Notes under the pieces: model-generated
Told to the model about the DNA's origin: nothing
The model's input: the letters and a program-made list of their open reading frames with translations, nothing else
Databases searched by the model: none
Position numbers and translations under genes: made by a program
In this document: piece after piece, positions 37,393 through 46,598 of the stretch
How positions within the stretch are numbered: position 1 is the stretch's first letter
How the letters are laid out: each line of letters opens with the position of its first letter
Assembly (NCBI GenBank): GCA_024275665.1
Contig: JAJRYS010000016.1
Location: 3,050-67,049, forward strand
Length of the DNA stretch: 64,000 nucleotides
Direction of reading: 5' to 3'
Source of the DNA: an archaeon
GTDB lineage: Archaea; B1Sed10-29; JAJRYS01

Positions 37393-37787
37393 AGTCTTTT
37401 AGCCATTTGCACTCTTAATGGTTTGTTCCTTATTTCTGGTTTTTTCCCTTTTCTCACCATTTTCATTATTTCTTCTTCAGGGATGTTTGTCCTTGATGAT
37501 AATTCTCTTACCAGCAGCTTTAATCTCTTTCCGCTTTCCTCGCTTATTATGCTTCCTTTTTTCTCAGCATATTCTATTCCTTTTAATCCTTTCATTTTCT
37601 CAGCTGTTCTCAGCTCTGACCATTCTTTTTTAATCATTTCCCACAGTCTCTTATTACTAGGTGGTAGAATTCCTTTTACTCTTTTTTCTATTTTACTTGT
37701 TCTTTTTTCTTGTTTTTTTCTTACTGTCTCGTAAAAGCTCTTCTTATTGAGGGGATTGGTAAATTTTTTGAAAAACCTTGAATGCAT
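37389..37787 (-). CDS. Hypothetical highly basic protein (132 aa)
   Basis: ORF only; Lys/Arg-rich. Confidence 0.3.
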   Translation of the reverse strand: MHSRFFKKFTNPLNKKSFYETVRKKQEKRTSKIEKRVKGILPPSNKRLWEMIKKEWSELRTAEKMKGLKGIEYAEKKGSIISEESGKRLKLLVRELSSRTNIPEEEIMKMVRKGKKPEIRNKPLRVQMAKRL

Positions 37788-37832
37788 GGTTTATGTTGTG
37801 AATTAGTAGTAATAAAAACCTAACGAATGCTT

Positions 37833-38360
37833 TCATAGATCTTCTGTTATGAAACGCCATTCCAAGTCAGTTGCTTTTGAAATTCCCATTCTTTTCGTTT
37901 TTTTGATTCTTGGCTTCAGGCCAATATCATATACTTTCACTTTCTCTCCTATTCGTGTTCCGTTGAGCGTTTTATCAATTCCCATTGCTTGACATAGCTT
38001 TCCAGGCCCGTTTGCCAAGTCTTTCTCTCTCGTGACTCTTCTCTTTTTCATCATTATCTTTATCCCTCTCACTGGTTTTACTGCTCTTATCAGCACTGCT
38101 CCTGGTTTTCCTTTCTCGCAGGTAAAGTTCAAACAGTAATGATTGCCGTAAACGAAGTACACATACACTCTGCCGTGAGTAGAGTACATTAATTCTGATC
38201 TTGGAGTGCGTTTAAAGGCATGAGAAGCAGGGTCGTCTTTGTAAGCTTCTGTCTCAGTGATCACTCCTGCTGTTCTCCCAACTACTAACAGCTTGCCTAC
38301 TAATTCTCTTGCCACTGTGATGGTGTCTCGTGCGAAGAATTCTTCCCTAAGTTCTTTCAT
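37833..38360 (-). CDS. mpg: 3-methyladenine DNA glycosylase (Mpg/AAG family)
   Basis: FFARDTITVARELVGKLL...GVITETEAY...GNHYCLN conserved core of the AAG/Mpg family. Confidence 0.7.
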   Translation of the reverse strand: MKELREEFFARDTITVARELVGKLLVVGRTAGVITETEAYKDDPASHAFKRTPRSELMYSTHGRVYVYFVYGNHYCLNFTCEKGKPGAVLIRAVKPVRGIKIMMKKRRVTREKDLANGPGKLCQAMGIDKTLNGTRIGEKVKVYDIGLKPRIKKTKRMGISKATDLEWRFITEDL

Positions 38361-38520
38361 AACGCGGATTATTCAATTTTTGAAAGGATAAAAAGCTTTC
38401 TCAGGGCTTTTCTCAATGAATAAACCTCTTTCAGAGCTTCTTTTCCAAAAAACTCTGCTCTCAGAGGAATACTGGAAGTAAGGGGGCATGGGGGGTTTGT
38501 TCCAGTATTCTAAACGGGTT

Positions 38521-38922
38521 TCAGCTTTTCTTCACTCTCGTGATCATCTTCTTTCCCATCACGTCTTGTAATTCTACTTCTTGCCCTGACTCAAGTTCAG
38601 CGTATTGTGGTTCAACTTCTAATTCATAAGTTTCGTAGGTTTCCAAATCCATTAACTGTAGCCTGTTCCCACCAAGGTTTGCTACTACTTGAGCAGTTTT
38701 ACGTAGGATTACTGGGATTTCGCAAGTAGCGTCCACGCTTTTCAACAGTGTTTTCTTGCTTCCTGTGAATAATGAAATGCCTTCTACTCTTGCTTTTGCT
38801 GCTCCATGTTTTCCTGGTTTTGACTTTTGAATAGAGACTATTTTGCATGGTTCTCCGTCAATGACTACGTACTTGCCTTCTTTCAAGTCTTTTACTTGCG
38901 CAAGGTTGACTTCTCCATCCAT
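38521..38922 (-). CDS. Translation initiation factor 5A (aIF5A)
   Basis: Hypusine-loop motif KPGKHGAAK, SH3-like N-domain plus OB C-domain, about 133 aa. Confidence 0.85.
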   Translation of the reverse strand: MDGEVNLAQVKDLKEGKYVVIDGEPCKIVSIQKSKPGKHGAAKARVEGISLFTGSKKTLLKSVDATCEIPVILRKTAQVVANLGGNRLQLMDLETYETYELEVEPQYAELESGQEVELQDVMGKKMITRVKKS

Positions 38923-38925
38923 TTC

Positions 38926-39969
38926 TTATTCTCCTCCTTTGCTGTTTTCATAATGCTGGATTCCAAGATAATAAGCTATTATCAAGCCGATTACAGTAAA
39001 AACCCAGAAGCATATAAACCTATCTATGAGAGTGCCTACTCCTGCTGTCACCAACCCCACTCCTGCTGCTGAATATACTATTATCATTGCTGACTCCATT
39101 ACTCCCAATCCTCCTGGTACAAAAGGAGTAGCTCCCGCGAGTGCGGATATTACTATCATGCTTAGTATGAAAACCAATCCCATGTTAGCTCCTAAGGCGT
39201 AGAACACTAAATACACTCTTGTTATTTCAAAAACCCACGAAAGCAAAGTATAGGAAATTCCTATAACCCATAACTTTCTATGTTTCATGAATTTCTTCAC
39301 ATTTGAGGAATACTGCAAAGCGTCTTTTGACACTCTTTTCTCAAGAGAATCATAGTCAGTAAATCTTGCTATTATTTTCTTGAATTTTCGCAGGAAGAAT
39401 CTTGTAAGTTTTAATCCTGCTTTCTTGTTTACTGACACGAATACTAGAAGAGCTGTCAAACCAAGGGAAATCATTAAGGATATGATTATTGCTGTTATAA
39501 TCCAAAATGGAAGATGATAATACACAGCCAAAATAATTACTGCTATGTTCATTAAAGAAAAACCCACTATGTCAAATACTCTTTCGGCAACAATGGTAGC
39601 GAAGCTGTCCCTTGTGCTGGTTTTTGCCTCTTTGTTAAGTAAATAAGCTCTTACAGGTTCTCCTCCCATCCTAGAACCAGGAGTAAGATTGCTGAAAGCA
39701 ATCCCAGAGAGGCTTATTAATAAAAGTCTTGTTCCGTTCACTTTCAAACCAGCTTCTCTTACTACAGTCATCCAGCGCTGATTAATACATAGTATTGAAA
39801 GCCAATTGAAAAAGAAAGCAATAAGGAGGAAAAAATAATTTGCTTGTTGAAGTGCTCTTATTGTCTTATCGAGACCTATTGTCATTCCAACTGCCAGCGC
39901 TACGATTATTCCAATGCTTGCTGCCATTACTACTAACTTTTTGACATTCATGTTTAGTTTTAAAACCAT
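38926..39969 (-). CDS. Flippase-like membrane protein (UPF0104 / lysylphosphatidylglycerol-synthase TM-region family)
   Basis: About 8 TM helices, N-terminal signature resembling TIGR00374-type proteins; 4-nt gap to aIF5A. Confidence 0.5.
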   Translation of the reverse strand: MVLKLNMNVKKLVVMAASIGIIVALAVGMTIGLDKTIRALQQANYFFLLIAFFFNWLSILCINQRWMTVVREAGLKVNGTRLLLISLSGIAFSNLTPGSRMGGEPVRAYLLNKEAKTSTRDSFATIVAERVFDIVGFSLMNIAVIILAVYYHLPFWIITAIIISLMISLGLTALLVFVSVNKKAGLKLTRFFLRKFKKIIARFTDYDSLEKRVSKDALQYSSNVKKFMKHRKLWVIGISYTLLSWVFEITRVYLVFYALGANMGLVFILSMIVISALAGATPFVPGGLGVMESAMIIVYSAAGVGLVTAGVGTLIDRFICFWVFTVIGLIIAYYLGIQHYENSKGGE

Positions 39970-40013
39970 TTTAATTATAAAAACAAATGTCTTAGAATAA
40001 TTCCTGATGCTTT

Positions 40014-40754
40014 ATGATAGATTCTCACGCTCACTTGGATGATAAGGCTTTTAACAAAGACCTGGAAGAAGTTGTTAAACGTTGCAAGGAAAGGCTTAAA
40101 GTAGTAATAGACCCTGCTACTAGTCTTGCTGCTAATGAGAAGATAAAAAGCATAAGCGTAAAATACTCTGGTTTTGTGTTCCCTGCTTTTGGATTAGATC
40201 CAATGCATTCTCATGAAGACATTGAAAAAGCGACAGAATTTATTATTGAAAATCAGAAACAATCAATAGCAATAGGAGAAGTAGGTTTGGATTACTATTG
40301 GCTTAAAGAAAAAGAAGAGCAAGCGCAAGTATTCAAGCATTTCATACAACTTGCTAACGAACTTGGAAAACCTCTAATAATCCATGCCAGGAATTCTGAA
40401 GAAGATGTTATAAAAATGCTTGAAAAACACGCAGGAACTACTGTGATAATGCATCACTTTGCAGGATCAGTGGATCAGATGTTCAGATGTGTGGATAATG
40501 GTTTCCTCATATCCCTTGCTACTAACTTGTGTTATGCTAAATCAAAAGATTTAATTAGAAGAACGCCGTTAGAAAACTTGTTAATGGAAACAGACTCCCC
40601 CTATAATCACCCTGAAAGAAAAGGAAGAAACGAGCCTTTGAACGTGTTCAAACTGCTCTCTATCACAGCTAATGAAAGAGAAATAAACAAAAAGGAATTA
40701 GAAGAAGTCGTTGACAAGAACGCGTTTAAAGTGTTTAAGTTTAAGGTGGTATGA
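40014..40754 (+). CDS. tatD: TatD-family metal-dependent hydrolase/DNase
   Basis: IDSHAHLD at the N-terminus, conserved His/Glu/Asp positions of the TatD TIM barrel. Confidence 0.8.
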   Translation: MIDSHAHLDDKAFNKDLEEVVKRCKERLKVVIDPATSLAANEKIKSISVKYSGFVFPAFGLDPMHSHEDIEKATEFIIENQKQSIAIGEVGLDYYWLKEKEEQAQVFKHFIQLANELGKPLIIHARNSEEDVIKMLEKHAGTTVIMHHFAGSVDQMFRCVDNGFLISLATNLCYAKSKDLIRRTPLENLLMETDSPYNHPERKGRNEPLNVFKLLSITANEREINKKELEEVVDKNAFKVFKFKVV

Positions 40755-41213
40755 GTGTTTAGAAGTCTTACTAAGAAAATGCATAAAGAAAAAAGAATAG
40801 CTTTCTTCGCAGACGGTCCTAACATGCTGCGCAAAGAGTATGATTTTGACTTATCCAAAGTCAAAAAGCAATTAGAACAATTTGGTATCATTGCAATTGG
40901 TAAAGTGTTTTTGAACCAGTTCGCCCCTGACAAACTCATAGAAGCAATAGTAAACCAAGGATTCCAACCAGTTATTGTTACTTCTGATGACGTGGATGCT
41001 CCAATGGCAGCAGAAGCAATGGAAGCAGTGTTCAATCCCAACATTGATGTAATAGCATTAATGACTCGTGACGCTGACTTCCAAACAGTTTTAAGCAAGG
41101 CAAAAAAATACGGCAAGCTTACAGTAGTTGTTGGAAGCGAGCCATTCGCCGCTGCTTTGAAAAACACAGCAGACCACATAGTTATGGTTGGGAAGAGAGG
41201 TAGTTCAAAGTGA
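40755..41213 (+). CDS. NYN/LabA-like (DUF88) domain protein
   Basis: IAFFADGPN...VIVTSD...MTRDADF pattern of NYN/PIN-like LabA domains. Confidence 0.55.
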   Translation: MFRSLTKKMHKEKRIAFFADGPNMLRKEYDFDLSKVKKQLEQFGIIAIGKVFLNQFAPDKLIEAIVNQGFQPVIVTSDDVDAPMAAEAMEAVFNPNIDVIALMTRDADFQTVLSKAKKYGKLTVVVGSEPFAAALKNTADHIVMVGKRGSSK

Positions 41214-41815
41214 GAATAGCAGCAGGAACGCCAGTTGAAAGAGGAAGAGAATTAACAGCATTAAATGCTGAAGAATATTTGAAAAAATTAATGAAAGAAT
41301 CGTTCACTGGATACGTGTGCGTAGCTATTAATGACAAACACGGGATGGAAGAAGGAATATTACTATTCAAAGAAGGGAACATAGTAGCGTCTTCGTATGC
41401 TTATTTCGCTTTTGACAAAGAATACAAAGCAGAACAAGCATTAGAGAGGGCTTTGAATGCTTTCAAAGCTGTTTCCGGAATAGTGGACTGTTTTTCTCTC
41501 TCCAACTCACAAGCAGAGCTCGTGCTGACTCTTAATGATGAGTTCGTGTTAAAAGAAGTAGTTACTGCAGAAAATCTTTCAATGCCAGCAGTGTTTTCAG
41601 AAGACTTTGAAAACAAAGAAGCGGAACAAGCAGGGGCAAGCATGTCAAAAGAAGACTTGTTCAAGAAGCTTGGCATAAGTAGAAAGACTGGGGAAAGAAC
41701 AACGAAGAAAACTCTTGTGGAGAAAGCAAAACAAGAGGAGAAGAAAACAGAGGAAGCAAGGCCTGAAATCACGGAAGACAGGCTTGAAAAACTAAGAAAG
41801 TTGTTGAAAAGGTGA
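41210..41815 (+). CDS. DUF4388-like domain protein with a charged C-terminal tail
   Basis: FTGYVCVAI...EGILLFKEGNIVASSY matches the DUF4388 core (TG.L.v...g..g.iyf.dG.iv.A). Confidence 0.4.
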   Translation: MRIAAGTPVERGRELTALNAEEYLKKLMKESFTGYVCVAINDKHGMEEGILLFKEGNIVASSYAYFAFDKEYKAEQALERALNAFKAVSGIVDCFSLSNSQAELVLTLNDEFVLKEVVTAENLSMPAVFSEDFENKEAEQAGASMSKEDLFKKLGISRKTGERTTKKTLVEKAKQEEKKTEEARPEITEDRLEKLRKLLKR

Positions 41816-42261
41816 TGTTAGTGCCTTTTTTCAAAAGGGTTGTTTACAAGATTCTCAACAAGAAAACAGAAGAAGAAAAACTAAGAATGAAGATAAGAAT
41901 ACTGAAAGAATTGTTAGAGGAAATGGAAAAAGAAGAGCCGAAAACAACCCAAGAACATGCTGAGAGAATAGCAGAACAATTTTATGTTGATTCTGTTGTA
42001 GTATCAAAGCACGATGGGAGCGTGGTTATAGGAAGGGAAGAGGCTTTTGAGAAAATGGTAAAAGCGTCTTCTTTGTACGAATACATTAATTCAGAGTTTC
42101 CGGGAACACGAATGCTTTTAATAAAAGACAGGGATAAATACAATATTATTTACGCTGAAAATGACTTGCTTTACTTCTTCAAAACAAGCGGGGAAATATC
42201 ATCCATAGAAGCAAAGAGAATGGCTGAGAGGATAAGAGAAAAAATAAAGGTGGCACCATGA
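41812..42261 (+). CDS. Roadblock/LC7 (MglB-like) domain protein with an N-terminal coiled coil
   Basis: VDSVVVSKHDGSVVIG...MLLIKDRDKYNIIYAENDLLYFFKTSG resembles the Roadblock/LC7 alpha-beta fold signature. Confidence 0.35.
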   Translation: MMLVPFFKRVVYKILNKKTEEEKLRMKIRILKELLEEMEKEEPKTTQEHAERIAEQFYVDSVVVSKHDGSVVIGREEAFEKMVKASSLYEYINSEFPGTRMLLIKDRDKYNIIYAENDLLYFFKTSGEISSIEAKRMAERIREKIKVAP

Positions 42262-43031
42262 CAAAAGCAGTAGCAATAGCAAGTGGAAAAGGAGGAGTAG
42301 GAAAAACAACCATAGTAGCAAACCTGGGGCTTGCAATAGCAAAACTAGGCAAGAAAGTTATAATGGTGGATGCTGACCTTGACATGGCTAATCTTGAACT
42401 AGTGCTTGGAATGGAAGGAAGGCCAATAACCCTGCAAGATGTTTTGAAGGGAGAAGCAGGAATAAATGACGCAATTTATGAAGTAAGTGAGAATGCTTTC
42501 TTCATACCAGCAGGAATTTCTCCTTCAAAATTCAGGAGAGTTGACCCTGAAAAATTCGCTGACATTATAAAAACGCTTGAAGGAATGGCAGACTTTGTAT
42601 TATTAGATTGTCCTGCTGGCATTGGTAAGGATACTATTGCTTGTTTTTCAGCATGCAAGGAGACAATATTAGTAATGACCCCTGACCCTTTAAGCATTAC
42701 TGATGCTTATAAGACCAGTATTGCCGCTGCGAAGATGGGAGCAGAGTTAACAGGAATAATACTAAACATGATTAAGAATACTAAAGGAGAATTAAAAGAA
42801 AAAGAGATAACAAGCCTTCTTAATGTTCCAATCCTTGCGAGAATAAATTATAACCCTGCTGTTGCTGAAAGCGTTTTCAAAGGAAAGCCATTGGTTACCC
42901 AGGATTCTTCAAATGACTTCACCGTGGAAGTAATGAAGCTTGCTTCGAAACTAACAGGTGTGCCTTATATACCAGAACAACCTAAAAAGTCATTGTTTTC
43001 AAAGCTTTTTAGTTTTTTGAAAAAGAGGTGA
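42258..43031 (+). CDS. minD: MinD/ParA-family P-loop ATPase
   Basis: Deviant Walker A SGKGGVGKTT, MinD-like switch regions, about 257 aa; translationally coupled to upstream genes (ATGA overlap). Confidence 0.75.
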   Translation: MTKAVAIASGKGGVGKTTIVANLGLAIAKLGKKVIMVDADLDMANLELVLGMEGRPITLQDVLKGEAGINDAIYEVSENAFFIPAGISPSKFRRVDPEKFADIIKTLEGMADFVLLDCPAGIGKDTIACFSACKETILVMTPDPLSITDAYKTSIAAAKMGAELTGIILNMIKNTKGELKEKEITSLLNVPILARINYNPAVAESVFKGKPLVTQDSSNDFTVEVMKLASKLTGVPYIPEQPKKSLFSKLFSFLKKR

Positions 43032-43038
43032 AATAAAA

Positions 43039-43260
43039 GTGGAAATCACAAGACCATTTGACTTGTTGAACAGTGTGATGAACCAACCAGTACTAGTAAG
43101 ACTCAAGGGAAACAAGCAGCTCAGAGGAATACTGAAAGCATTCGACCAGCACATGAACTTAGTGCTTGACGAAGCAGACGAACTGGAAAACGATGAAGTG
43201 AAAACAAAACTAGGCAAGGTCATTGTACGAGGAGACAATATACTATACGTGAGTCCTTGA
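43039..43260 (+). CDS. Sm-like archaeal protein (LSm/SmAP)
   Basis: Sm1/Sm2 motifs (VLVRLKGNKQLRGILKAFDQHMNLVL...VIVRGDNILYV). Confidence 0.8.
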   Translation: MEITRPFDLLNSVMNQPVLVRLKGNKQLRGILKAFDQHMNLVLDEADELENDEVKTKLGKVIVRGDNILYVSP

Positions 43261-43340
43261 AAACCATTAATTTTAAAAACAGAAGAGTTGATAAACTACT
43301 CACTTGTTTTAAGCTTAAAAACTAACGAAGGTGTTTTCTA

Positions 43341-43918
43341 GTGGCTTTAAGACCAGCGCGAACTGTGAGAAAACCTAAAAGACCATGGACTAGGACTGCA
43401 AGAAGGAAAGTCAAAAAAGCACTCGTGAGAGGAGTTCCTGATACCAGGATAAGAGCTTTTGACATGGGTTTCCTTATCCTGCCAAAGCAGAATTGCAGTT
43501 TGATGTCGTGATGGGAGAGAATGTTCAAATCAGAGACAATGCTCTTGAATCAGCCAGAGTAATGGCTAATAAAATATTTGAAAAGAAAATAACTAAAGAT
43601 TTTTACTTTTTCAAAGTAAGAAAATACCCTCACCAAGTACTAAGAGAACATGCCATCCTGACAGGAGCAGGAGCAGACAGGCTTTCTTCAGGGATGAGGA
43701 AGGCATTCGGAAAGCCTAAAGGAAGAGCAGTGAGGACTAAGAAGGAAGAAGTGCTCATGTCATTATTTACTCTTAAGAAATACGAGCATGCTGCCAAAGA
43801 AGGATTGAAAAGAGCTGTTTTGAAACTCCCGGGCAATGCAAAAGTAAAAATGACAGACCTTACAAAAGAAAAACTTAAGAAAGTAATACCTCCTAAGAAG
43901 AAAAAAGAAAAAAAATAA
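43341..43918 (+). CDS. rpl10e: Ribosomal protein L10e (uL16) with an apparent -1 frameshift at the GGGTTT run near 43466-43471
   Basis: N-terminus VALRPARTVRKPKRPWTR...RAFDMG in frame 0; remainder FPYPAKAELQFDVVMGENVQIRDNALESAR...AGADRLSSGMRKAFGKP in frame +2; one missing base in the G3T3 run restores a continuous L10e. Confidence 0.7.
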
Positions 43919-43988
43919 TGAATAAAGATTATTTTAACAAGGATGTGGGGTTGCAGCACCTTTAAGGTGTTGTCCTGAACAAAAAGAG

Positions 43989-44522
43989 GTGTTTTTAATG
44001 CCAGCGTTTGAAAGAATAAGGGAAGCTTTTCAAAAATCATACAAAGGAGAAAAAGAATTCAAAGAATTCCAAAAAGAAAGGCTTATAAAATGGAGAAGAG
44101 AGCCGACCATAGTAAGGGTTGAAAAGCCAACTAATCCTGTGAGAGCAAGAGAGATTGGTTACAAGGCAAAGAAAGGGTTTATAGTAGTCAGAGTAAGAGT
44201 GAAGAGAAGCAGTGGAAAACACAAGAGACCAAGAGGAGGCAGAAGACCAAGTCGCATGGGGGTTCTTAAGAAGAAAAGAGCAAAATCACTGCAATTAATA
44301 GCAGAAGAAAGAGCAGCAAAAAAGTTCCCTAACTTGGAAGTGCTTAACTCTTACTGGGTAGGAGAAGACGGGCAGCACAAGTGGTTTGAAGTAATATTCA
44401 TAAACCCTACAAGCAGGAACATTCTCAAAGACGAACAGTACAAGGGAGTGGCTTTGGATACTCGCAGAGTTTTCAGAGGAAAAACCAGTGCTGGGAAGAA
44501 AATGAGAGGCCTTGTTAGATAA
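43989..44522 (+). CDS. rpl15e: Ribosomal protein L15e
   Basis: IGYKAKKGFIVVRVRVKRSSGKHKRPRGGR matches the L15e core ([24 protein letters not shown]). Confidence 0.8.
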   Translation: MFLMPAFERIREAFQKSYKGEKEFKEFQKERLIKWRREPTIVRVEKPTNPVRAREIGYKAKKGFIVVRVRVKRSSGKHKRPRGGRRPSRMGVLKKKRAKSLQLIAEERAAKKFPNLEVLNSYWVGEDGQHKWFEVIFINPTSRNILKDEQYKGVALDTRRVFRGKTSAGKKMRGLVR

Positions 44523-44527
44523 AACTA

Positions 44528-44962
44528 ATGATCATGAAGAAAATATTGTTAATCACTGGAGAAGCGTTTGAATACTCTTCAGAAGACCCAGACAAAGTGA
44601 AGCAAGCGATTGACTTTGTTTTCCCAGTGGAGAAAAAACTAAGGAAAGAGAGAATAGAATCTTATCACAAGGTGCCTTTCTACAAAATAATAATAGAAGT
44701 TAAAAAACAACAAGAAATTAAGAAACTGTTAAAACACTGGAAAGGATTGCTTTCAGAAGAAGACAAGGAAAAGATAAAGAAAACAGTAAGAGACAGAGTT
44801 AGTGATGAAGGAGTTTTGTTTGTTCGTTTTGACAAACAAGCAGCATTTGACAAGGTTCTCAGAGTTTCTTATTCAGGAGACGTGATACGAGTTACTATTA
44901 AGCTTACGTCTTATCCTTTCTCATTAGATAAAATAATGGAAACAGCGGTGAGTTTGTTTTGA
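44528..44962 (+). CDS. UPF0201/DUF54-like protein at the head of the exosome superoperon
   Basis: About 144 aa; conserved position upstream of Rpp30 in the archaeal exosome superoperon; sequence-level assignment is weak. Confidence 0.35.
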   Translation: MIMKKILLITGEAFEYSSEDPDKVKQAIDFVFPVEKKLRKERIESYHKVPFYKIIIEVKKQQEIKKLLKHWKGLLSEEDKEKIKKTVRDRVSDEGVLFVRFDKQAAFDKVLRVSYSGDVIRVTIKLTSYPFSLDKIMETAVSLF

Positions 44963-45438
44963 GAAAGTATTATGATATAGTCCAATGCGAAGAAGCGAGA
45001 AAGCATGAGAAAAAGCTTGGCTTTGAGAAGATGCTTTTAGCTTCTGAGTTGCGTTTGAAGAAAGGAGGAAGTCTTGAAGCAAACCGCAAAGCAGTAAGAA
45101 CCAAGACAGACGTACTCCTGGATCCTGTTTCTCCTACTGGGTTGTTCTTTGACACTGCAGTGGCTCAAGTGGCTAAGGATAATAACGTGGTCATTGCTTT
45201 CTCTCTTAACTCTTTGCTTTCGTTGAAAGGAGTTCAACGCGTTAAAATGCTTGCCAATATGCAAAAAGCTTTAGGGATTTGTTTGAAGATGAAGAACGAA
45301 GTGATGGTAATTTCACACGCTGAAGACGAGTACGGCGCCAGAGATGCATTATCCTTGGTTGGTCTTGGAGTGCTTTTAGGGTTGTCAAAACCACAAGCTT
45401 TATGGGTTGTTAGTAATGTTTACGAGGGATTAGTATGA
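44959..45438 (+). CDS. rnp3: RNase P protein subunit Rpp30 (RNP3)-like
   Basis: Position immediately upstream of Pop5 in the conserved operon; short (159 aa) TIM-barrel-like sequence. Confidence 0.5.
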   Translation: MRKYYDIVQCEEARKHEKKLGFEKMLLASELRLKKGGSLEANRKAVRTKTDVLLDPVSPTGLFFDTAVAQVAKDNNVVIAFSLNSLLSLKGVQRVKMLANMQKALGICLKMKNEVMVISHAEDEYGARDALSLVGLGVLLGLSKPQALWVVSNVYEGLV

Positions 45439-45770
45439 AGCCATTTCCGCAGACGATGAAAGAAAACAGGAGATACTTGGTGTTTGAAGTAATAGGAGAG
45501 CAAAAATTCTCAAAAGAAGAAGTGTCAAAAGCGTTGTGGAAGACAATGTTTTCAATGATTGGAACAACAGGAGCAGCTGCTTCTGGTTTCTGGATAATTG
45601 ATTTCAAAGAGGAAGAACAAAAAGGCATGCTGAGATGCAATTCAGAATGGCTTGAATTTATCAGAGGTGTTTTGTGTTTTCTCACAGAAGTTAATAATAA
45701 AAAGGCGTTTATTCATATTATTAGAACGAGTGGAACGATTAAGAAAGCTAGGGAGAAAACAGGCTTGTGA
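45435..45770 (+). CDS. rnp2: RNase P protein subunit Pop5 (RNP2)
   Basis: RYLVFEV...FSKEEVSKALWKTMFSMIGTTGAAASGFWIIDF...AFIHIIRTSGT matches the Pop5 signature. Confidence 0.7.
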   Translation: MKPFPQTMKENRRYLVFEVIGEQKFSKEEVSKALWKTMFSMIGTTGAAASGFWIIDFKEEEQKGMLRCNSEWLEFIRGVLCFLTEVNNKKAFIHIIRTSGTIKKAREKTGL

Positions 45771-45842
45771 GTTAATGCCTGTACTAACTCTTATAAACTG
45801 AAAAGGAGTGTTTATTATTCAAAAATTTAATGGAGGTAATGC

Positions 45843-46577
45843 TTGATGTATCCTGCTTCTCCGTCAGCTTATGACAGGGCCATAACTGTTTTCAGTCCTG
45901 AAGGGCGTTTGTTTCAAGTAGAATACGCAAGAGAAGCTGTTAAGAGAGGAACCACTGCTCTTGGAATTGTCTTTAAAGATGGTGTACTGCTTGCGATTGA
46001 TAAGAATATTACTTCAAAGCTTTTAAAAGCAGAATCTTTGGAGAAGATATTCAAAATAGACGAGCACATTGCAGTAGCAACCTCTGGCCTTGTAGCAGAT
46101 GCAAGAAGACTAATTGACTATGCTCGCGTAACAGCACAAGAAGAAAGGCTTGTTTACAATGCTCCTATTGATGTTGAAGTTCTCACGAAAGAATTATGCG
46201 ACTTGAAGCAGAGTTACACTCAGTGGGGAGGAGTGCGTCCTTTCGGAGCCTCTTTGCTCATAGTAGGGGTTGATGACACTGGAAAACACTTGTTCGAAAC
46301 AGATCCTTCAGGAGCTTTCCATGAACTGCTTGCAACAGCAATAGGATCTGGTAAGGAAGAAGTTGAAAAGTTTTTTGAAAAAGAATATTCTGAAAGCCTT
46401 GACTTTGAGGAAGCAGTAATGCTTGCTTTAAGAGCGCTTACAAAAGTAGGTGACAGGAAGATAAGCAAAGAAACAGTTGATGTATGTTTCATAAAAGCAG
46501 AAGACAGGAAGTTTAAGAGAATGGAGAAAAATGAGATTGAAAAATTCATTGCAAAAGTGCACTCAAAAAGAAAGTAA
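45843..46577 (+). CDS. psmA: Proteasome alpha subunit
   Basis: YDRAITVFSPEGRLFQVEYAREAV N-terminal signature, Ntn-hydrolase fold. Confidence 0.9.
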   Translation: MMYPASPSAYDRAITVFSPEGRLFQVEYAREAVKRGTTALGIVFKDGVLLAIDKNITSKLLKAESLEKIFKIDEHIAVATSGLVADARRLIDYARVTAQEERLVYNAPIDVEVLTKELCDLKQSYTQWGGVRPFGASLLIVGVDDTGKHLFETDPSGAFHELLATAIGSGKEEVEKFFEKEYSESLDFEEAVMLALRALTKVGDRKISKETVDVCFIKAEDRKFKRMEKNEIEKFIAKVHSKRK

Positions 46578-46598
46578 AATAATTAGGAAGGATGGTTC

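Noticed and set aside
43322-43528. 68-aa minus-strand ORF
   Set aside because: It overlaps the conserved N-terminal exon-like portion of L10e on the opposite strand. It is an artefact of the L10e frameshift leaving that region unassigned in the track
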